This document shows positions 58,892 to 64,000 of a DNA stretch of 64,000 bases, one piece after another. The position numbers and the translations under genes are program-made. Position 1 is the stretch's first letter; each line of letters opens with the position of its first letter. Source of the stretch: an uncultured virus (IMG/VR IMGVR_UViG_3300023184_000091) (lineage: Duplodnaviria; Heunggongvirae; Uroviricota; Caudoviricetes). The stretch lies in the IMG/VR virus record IMGVR_UViG_3300023184_000091. One strand, 5' to 3'. Under the pieces are notes generated by a model that was given only the letters and a program-made list of their open reading frames with translations, searched no databases and had not been told where the DNA came from.

Positions 58892-59209
58892 CTAATTTTT
58901 AACTTTAAATCTTTTTAGTACTTTCATTCTATCAATCTCATAGCCCATAGCTTCTAAGCTTTTTGTATCGAAAATAACTTCTTCTTTATCCTTATCCAAC
59001 ATCAATCTATCATACTCACCTGACTCCTTATCTCTCACAACAAAGCACACCACATTTAACGCATCACTCTGCTCACCGCTTCCCCAAAGAATAGATTTCT
59101 TTCTAGCGTGCTGAGTGCTGATCTTATCATGGAACCATTCGTGGGTTTCTGACTCCCAGTAAAGCCCGTCCATTTCTAAAAATTCGTTTCTTTCTGACAT
59201 ATTATTCAT
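58892..59209 (-). CDS. hypothetical protein
   Basis: 105 aa ORF. Confidence 0.6.
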   Translation of the reverse strand: MNNMSERNEFLEMDGLYWESETHEWFHDKISTQHARKKSILWGSGEQSDALNVVCFVVRDKESGEYDRLMLDKDKEEVIFDTKSLEAMGYEIDRMKVLKRFKVKN

Positions 59210-59788
59210 TTAATAGTTTAGTTCTATTACTGATTTACTTAATTTTGCTAATGCTTCCTTATAATACTTCTGGTTGAAGCCTTCTTTGTTTCTAGGAGAA
59301 GGCAGAACGTGGACAAAGTGATTACGCTGACCGTAAAGCATATCAGAATCATCGTCGATAATGATGTAGTTTTCAATCCCAGATCTATCCATATACTGCT
59401 GTTGGGTATCTTTGTCCCAATTTATGTGGTTGAATTTTAGATCGTGCTCCAGATAGTGTTCTATCTCACATCCTCTAGGAATATTGTATCCGTTTATATC
59501 TCCTCTGAAATTAGGTGTGATTCCTATTATCTCTCCGTGCATCCCTTCAATCTCCCACACCTTTCTCATGAACTCTATCCCAGAACTTCTCCAGGTTGAT
59601 GAGATGACAATTTTCGCGCCAGTCTCATCAATCAAATTATTCAGGAGTTCTTTGCTCCATGAGCAAAATGATTGGTGGTGATCTTCTGTACCGTTCTCCC
59701 AATTCCACTTAGTGTAATTGCACTCACCACTTCGGTAAGCTTTCTCTGAGTTAAGAACTCCGTCGATGTCCAAAAATATTATTTTCAT
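59210..59788 (-). CDS. HAD phosphatase, Swiss-army-knife RNA-repair type
   Basis: IIFLDIDGVLNS, IVISSTWR, RGCEI, IIIDDDSDM. Confidence 0.8.
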   Translation of the reverse strand: MKIIFLDIDGVLNSEKAYRSGECNYTKWNWENGTEDHHQSFCSWSKELLNNLIDETGAKIVISSTWRSSGIEFMRKVWEIEGMHGEIIGITPNFRGDINGYNIPRGCEIEHYLEHDLKFNHINWDKDTQQQYMDRSGIENYIIIDDDSDMLYGQRNHFVHVLPSPRNKEGFNQKYYKEALAKLSKSVIELNY

Positions 59789-59793
59789 TTAAT

Positions 59794-60519
59794 TTATTTT
59801 AGTGCTAAAGATCTAATTGTTTCGCACTTTCTATGATACATTATTCTTATCAAGAATGAGGAGATCTTAGCAAATGTACGATCATCCTTGGTTCCCCATT
59901 GGGTACAATTTATTCTATCCATACACTCCTTTATCGAGTTCTTATTTTTCTCTGGATTATAAATAGCAGATTTGTACGAACTGTTAAATGTTCTGATGCA
60001 ATGCGATACCATTCTGTGAGTTGGAACGATTGAAAGATAGCCTGACATATCCCCCGATTTTTTCCATATCTGGTATTCCCATCGAAATGTGCTTGGCATA
60101 TATTGATTATGCTCAGGATATTTGTAACCCTTCTCTTTAGGCTTTATGTCAATCTTATATTTTCCTATCCGAAATGACTTTTTACTGTCTTCTATCTTTT
60201 TCTTTCCTAGATTGTAATAATGATTCCATGAATTCAAAGCAAATTCCATTCCTGAAACGCTTGCCTCCTTTAATCTTTTATTAGCCTCGCTCCAACTAAC
60301 ACCCTCAGGAGGTTTAGCATAGCAATCCCCATCTAGTATCCATGTAAAGTTGAGATGTGAAGCATCACACCAATCAACATTCAGACATTGATAGCCGTCC
60401 TTCATAGAAGGAGTACCGTTTGGATTTGATACGTGTTCGCTTAGATCTTCGTAACGACCCCGGTGGGTAACCTCTAGCTTAGATTTGCATACTGGGCAAT
60501 AGATAGATTTCTTCTCCAT
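59794..60519 (-). CDS. hypothetical protein with an N-terminal Zn-ribbon
   Basis: CPVC...YEDLSEHV...C...C. Confidence 0.7.
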   Translation of the reverse strand: MEKKSIYCPVCKSKLEVTHRGRYEDLSEHVSNPNGTPSMKDGYQCLNVDWCDASHLNFTWILDGDCYAKPPEGVSWSEANKRLKEASVSGMEFALNSWNHYYNLGKKKIEDSKKSFRIGKYKIDIKPKEKGYKYPEHNQYMPSTFRWEYQIWKKSGDMSGYLSIVPTHRMVSHCIRTFNSSYKSAIYNPEKNKNSIKECMDRINCTQWGTKDDRTFAKISSFLIRIMYHRKCETIRSLALK

Positions 60520-60520
60520 A

Positions 60521-61249
60521 TTATTTTTCGACTGTTGGTTTCAACCAGATATTTGTTCTAAACACGTAATCCATTAAGAATGGAAACTGCCACAGTTTCT
60601 TAAGTGTTCCTGCAGTATCATGTTTGAAGCACTTTAATAATTCTTCTCTAATTCTCTCCTCTGATACTACAGCCATATGAACTTCAAAGTCGTAATTAGC
60701 GATGACCCCTGCCATTTCGTCGGGTATAGTAAATCCTTTAGTAATGGAGAATCTGATGGCTCTTAATATTCTTAGAGGATCGTCATGAAATGTTTCCTCG
60801 CAAGGCAACGGGGTTCTTAGCAGACCTTTCTTGAGATCTGTCATTCCGTCAAAGAAATCTATGATTGTTCCATCATCATCTTTTGCCAAAGCATTCAATG
60901 TGAAGTCTCTTCGTTCAAGATCGTCGTACAAGGTTCCCGGCTTGACGATAGGCTGTCTAGTCCCTGGGATGTACCCAACTTCTTTTCTTGCCATCACAAA
61001 GTCAGCAACTCCTGAATATTTATGATCCTTGGGAAATTTTGCTCTGATGGTGAAGCATTCAGGAGTGGATAGGAATATTTCAAATCTCTCTGATGCTAAG
61101 TAAGATTCCAGTACGACAAACATGGAATGTGCTTCCGTATATTCTTCCAGAAGACTTTCGTTAGGAACTGCAACATAGTCGACGTCCTTAGATTCCAAAC
61201 CTAGAATCTCGTCTCTTACCTTTCCGCCTACTTCATAAAATTTGAACAT
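60521..61249 (-). CDS. cca: tRNA nucleotidyltransferase (CCA-adding / poly(A) polymerase class II), short form
   Basis: YEVGGKVRD, DVDY, DLERRDFTLNALA, DDPLRILRAIRF, SEERIREEL. Confidence 0.9.
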   Translation of the reverse strand: MFKFYEVGGKVRDEILGLESKDVDYVAVPNESLLEEYTEAHSMFVVLESYLASERFEIFLSTPECFTIRAKFPKDHKYSGVADFVMARKEVGYIPGTRQPIVKPGTLYDDLERRDFTLNALAKDDDGTIIDFFDGMTDLKKGLLRTPLPCEETFHDDPLRILRAIRFSITKGFTIPDEMAGVIANYDFEVHMAVVSEERIREELLKCFKHDTAGTLKKLWQFPFLMDYVFRTNIWLKPTVEK

Positions 61250-61296
61250 ATCTTTGTTTTTTAGCAAACATAACAAAAAAATACGGAGATAAAAAA

Positions 61297-61563
61297 TTAT
61301 TCTTCTTCATCTCCGTAATCTTTATCGTCGTTGTATGCCTTTAGGTTAGCATTTTCTATCGATAGCCTTTTTATATCGTCCTTTAGGATCTTTATATCAT
61401 CAAGCTTGTCCTTCATTAGCTCAAACCCAAATTCTATTATTCCGATTTCATTTTCCGTGAGATCGTCTTTAGAAACCAGGATTCTGTTTGTTACTAAATC
61501 ATAATATTGACCCTTTAAACTCTTAAGCATTTTATTCCTAAATAAGTTAACACCTCTTCCCAT
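61297..61563 (-). CDS. hypothetical protein
   Basis: 88 aa ORF. Confidence 0.5.
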   Translation of the reverse strand: MGRGVNLFRNKMLKSLKGQYYDLVTNRILVSKDDLTENEIGIIEFGFELMKDKLDDIKILKDDIKRLSIENANLKAYNDDKDYGDEEE

Positions 61564-62003
61564 CCAGGGAATTGCTCAGTTCCGAAATGAATGTGTTCTC
61601 CCCCGAAATCAGCTACACCGTTGGCAATTCTGTCATCGATAAGGAAATCACCTTTGACCAATCCCTTGTGGTGGCAAAGAATAAGCTTTTTGTTGGCAGA
61701 TTTACCTAAATGTGTTTCTACCCAAATTCTTTTCTCAGCCCATGCATCTGGATTGCTCCAAGGTGGTGTACTTAAAATGTAGGTCTCGTACTTATCCTGC
61801 AAAGCGGCCCATGCACTTATTGCACCTTCAATAGGCTCAAGATCTTTGTATGCAGTTGGATGCTTAAAGAGACTGTGTCCCTTTACCCCCTGTGCTTCTA
61901 ATTCCTTTGCTCTCTTGTCGAAATCACAGATAACTCCATCCATATCTATTAGAACGATAGGCTTTGTTATTTTAATGCTAGCTCTTAACCACGGTTGACT
62001 CAT
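61515..62003 (-). CDS. 5'(3')-deoxyribonucleotidase (NT5C, HAD)
   Basis: IDMDGVICDF, LSTPPW, EKRIWV, GDFLIDDR. Confidence 0.88.
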   Translation of the reverse strand: MSQPWLRASIKITKPIVLIDMDGVICDFDKRAKELEAQGVKGHSLFKHPTAYKDLEPIEGAISAWAALQDKYETYILSTPPWSNPDAWAEKRIWVETHLGKSANKKLILCHHKGLVKGDFLIDDRIANGVADFGGEHIHFGTEQFPGWEEVLTYLGIKCLRV

Positions 62004-62005
62004 AA

Positions 62006-62569
62006 TTATTTTTCAAAAAGGTTAATAAGATATTTGTACATTTTGTAATATTCGTGACCTGGATACTCAACTGTAATAGAATCACCACCGATGAAACCCA
62101 ATGATCTTGTGAACTCTGTATTTTCTTTCTTATACATCTCAAACATACGACTCTTGGTCATCTTTGAGTACTGGACGTTGGCAATACGATCACACATCTT
62201 TACAAAGACCGCACCGGGGGTGTTTCTGATACCCTCGTAGTATTTGTCGTTGGCACGTTCTTTACGATTCTTTCCTTTCTCATTCGAAACTGCATAGATG
62301 ATATCTGCTGCTTGTAGTCCGAGAACTTCTTTTACGTCGTTGTAAGAAACCCGTGTGTCTTCAATGAGATCGTGGCCATAAGATGCTAGTATAACATTAT
62401 CTCTGAATGAAGATTCCCCATCATTTGAGTCAGGTATTAGATGTATAAAGTCTTTAGCTGCCTGTGAAACCATTCTCAGATGAAATTCATAATTGAGGTA
62501 ATCATCGTATTTATGATTCGTGTTCTCGTGCTGATTTATGCACCATTTGATCTTATCTTCAGTCTTCAT
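62006..62569 (-). CDS. RelA/SpoT-type HD hydrolase (small alarmone hydrolase/Mesh1-like)
   Basis: H..HKY...YEFHL, HDLIEDT, VKMCDRIAN. Confidence 0.8.
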   Translation of the reverse strand: MKTEDKIKWCINQHENTNHKYDDYLNYEFHLRMVSQAAKDFIHLIPDSNDGESSFRDNVILASYGHDLIEDTRVSYNDVKEVLGLQAADIIYAVSNEKGKNRKERANDKYYEGIRNTPGAVFVKMCDRIANVQYSKMTKSRMFEMYKKENTEFTRSLGFIGGDSITVEYPGHEYYKMYKYLINLFEK

Positions 62570-62639
62570 ACCTTATATTTTTAGACAAAAATAATAAAAA
62601 GGTACGGGGTAAAAAAATAAATAATGGGATTTGTTGAAA

Positions 62640-63038
62640 TTATGAGAATTTCATGCGATCTTTAGCACTGAAATATTTAGGATCAATTTCCTTTTCTAGA
62701 TCAAATTCTATTCTTTGGACATTACCGTTCGGTGAAAATTGCCAATCTATTTTAGTTCCGAATTCTTCAGAAAGAATTTCTGCAATGTCGTCTATGTAGT
62801 AGGATATTCTTGGAGGTATTCTTCCATCAAAAGACTTTGGCCAATATTCAATAACAAATTTTTGGGTGTCATCAACATCTACGAAATCTACGTCCATTAA
62901 TCTGGAGTTGAAATGAGATATAATATCCTTCTTAGAAAGCTCAACCATTCTGGCTAGAAGTTCTATCCCTTCTTCATCCTCTTGCTTAGCCTTATCCGAT
63001 GGCAAGTTCCAGAGTTCATATAGTTTAATGTTCTTCAT
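62640..63038 (-). CDS. putative virion internal protein
   Basis: MKNIKLYE. Confidence 0.65.
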   Translation of the reverse strand: MKNIKLYELWNLPSDKAKQEDEEGIELLARMVELSKKDIISHFNSRLMDVDFVDVDDTQKFVIEYWPKSFDGRIPPRISYYIDDIAEILSEEFGTKIDWQFSPNGNVQRIEFDLEKEIDPKYFSAKDRMKFS

Positions 63039-63829
63039 TAGATGCCCTTTAATATTCTAGCTGATCTAAGGTATGCTTTGATAACCTTAAGAATATCAGT
63101 TTCTTCCATTTTCTCTAATCCTTTTATGATAGAATCTAAAGTATCTCTATCCTCTATATCTGAAATAGTATTTAAAATTGTTTTATCTGATGCGTAGATT
63201 TCTGCTATAATAGATCCAAGATCTTCACTGATCGATTCAGGTACTTCGCCTTTATAGAAGAAAGAATCTACTGCATTTTTATAGCTTTCTAGTACTTTCT
63301 TTTTCAGAATTGGCTTTAGTGAATCAGGTAGATTCTTTTTACCGACTTGAACCATTACCCGAACTTTCTTGATTTCGTCTATGATTTCTTCAAGGACTTT
63401 GTTTACTATTGTAACCACCTGATCTTTATTATCAGCGTTAAAATCTATATGAAATTCTCTGAACTTAGCTTTATGAGATGATGACTCAGATCCTAATATG
63501 TCTAGTAGATATTTTCCGCTGTCCATCTTTTTATCCCTAACAAACGTTATCCTCATCTTAGATGTTTCAAAATAATGAGGTATGAATTCTATCTCAGATT
63601 TTTCTAAAGCATCGAAGTATTCTTTAAGCGATCCTGCTAATATGTCGATAGCAAATTTGTGTGAGTATACATGTTGGAAAAATCCGGTGCTAAGACCTTC
63701 TTTTTTAAGATTCCCCGCAATTTTGCAGTTCTTTAAAATATACTCAAAATCATCCTGGGTTATTTTATATTCCTCAGGTGACTCAGATTCTAATAGCCAA
63801 TTTTTATATTTCAGTAGGGGATTCTGCAT
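63038..63829 (-). CDS. putative virion internal protein
   Basis: Late promoter; LLKYKNWLLE. Confidence 0.65.
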   Translation of the reverse strand: MQNPLLKYKNWLLESESPEEYKITQDDFEYILKNCKIAGNLKKEGLSTGFFQHVYSHKFAIDILAGSLKEYFDALEKSEIEFIPHYFETSKMRITFVRDKKMDSGKYLLDILGSESSSHKAKFREFHIDFNADNKDQVVTIVNKVLEEIIDEIKKVRVMVQVGKKNLPDSLKPILKKKVLESYKNAVDSFFYKGEVPESISEDLGSIIAEIYASDKTILNTISDIEDRDTLDSIIKGLEKMEETDILKVIKAYLRSARILKGI

Positions 63830-64000
63830 TCACTATATATCCCTCAGCAGGCTCTTCTTGCTGGCTGATCTGAACATCAACAACCTCTGAAGATCTCTCA
63901 ATCTTCTCAGGTTTGTGCGGTTTCTCCTTAAATGGTGAGATTTTCTTGTAAATGCACTCTATTTCATCAAAAGATAGATTACTTTTCTTTCCGTTAATGT

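Larger units (their letters stand above)
259..62622 (-). promoter_or_regulatory. dispersed early promoter family, about 40 copies, minus-strand consensus TTTATTTTTTTATCCCG-N~9-CTTAT(C/A)TTTG
   Basis: Seen on + as caaagataag...cgggataaaaaaataaa at e.g. 259, 510, 749, 2054, 2909, 3915, 4212, 4572, 4937, 5200, 5633, 6300, 6670, 7213, 7752, 8464, 8963, 9259, 10232, 10756, 12620, 13703, 14003, 15500, 16207, 16676, 17185, 18848, 21740, 23724, 35997, 41223, 42612, 50247, 55701, 61265, 62586. Lies just upstream of minus-strand genes. The 3' part matches the Bacteroidota -7 element TAnnTTTG. Confidence 0.88.
14042..63841. promoter_or_regulatory. dispersed putative late promoter GATATATA(G/A)
   Basis: + copies at 14042, 25598, 26148, 28467, 30378, 36049, 42666 (variant), 45489, 51397, 51675; - copies at 24471, 30253, 44365, 51378, 63833; each a few to ~30 nt before a start codon; analogous to T4 TATAAATA. 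Confidence 0.75.

Noticed and set aside
3455..63890. Many short antisense ORFs in the track (e.g. 5746-6003, 11737-12069, 41769-42095, 48959-49267, 63582-63890)
   Set aside because: They are shadows of better-supported genes on the opposite strand.
1..64000. Genome-wide TAG reassignment (code 15) suggested by the CUA tRNA
   Set aside because: Long genes are intact in code 11 and several end in TAG right before promoters or terminators (e.g. 2379, 5410); only pth2 was seen interrupted.

Overview
A 64 kb segment of a large, AT-rich, T4-like (jumbo-type) phage genome. The host is most likely a Bacteroidota bacterium, because the promoters carry the TAnnTTTG -7 element, the leaders are A-rich without SD sequences, and DUF2452/DUF2693-like genes are present. 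From 1 to ~24.5 kb is a minus-strand early region of small, mostly unknown genes built as promoter-gene-terminator modules. It is punctuated by two dispersed dyad motifs (about 21 GGGAACGTTGACAACGGTTT and 7 AGTATG-N7-CATACTATGT) and has two non-coding blocks of helically phased repeats (~0.8-1.4 kb and ~24.5-25.1 kb). From ~25.6 to 64 kb, early genes are mixed with late genes that have a GATATATA promoter and a shared N-terminal MKxIKxFExF peptide resembling a capsid-targeting signal. Recognisable products are tyrosinase, ClpC, ClpP, SmpB, Pth2, Thg1, a CCA-adding enzyme, an HD hydrolase, Ugd, a GH16-like lipoprotein, CHAP and two SLT muralytic enzymes, a RadA-like ATPase, and degenerate gp23/gp21 paralogs. 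The standout observation is an RNA/translation operon at 40.0-41.25 kb. It begins with an amber-suppressor-like tRNA(CUA), continues through structured RNAs and aberrant tRNAs, and reaches a Pth2 gene whose frame is interrupted by TAG right after its start (ATG AAC TAG), although the rest of the window uses the standard code. All calls come from motif recognition by eye; no searches were run and motif counts are manual.
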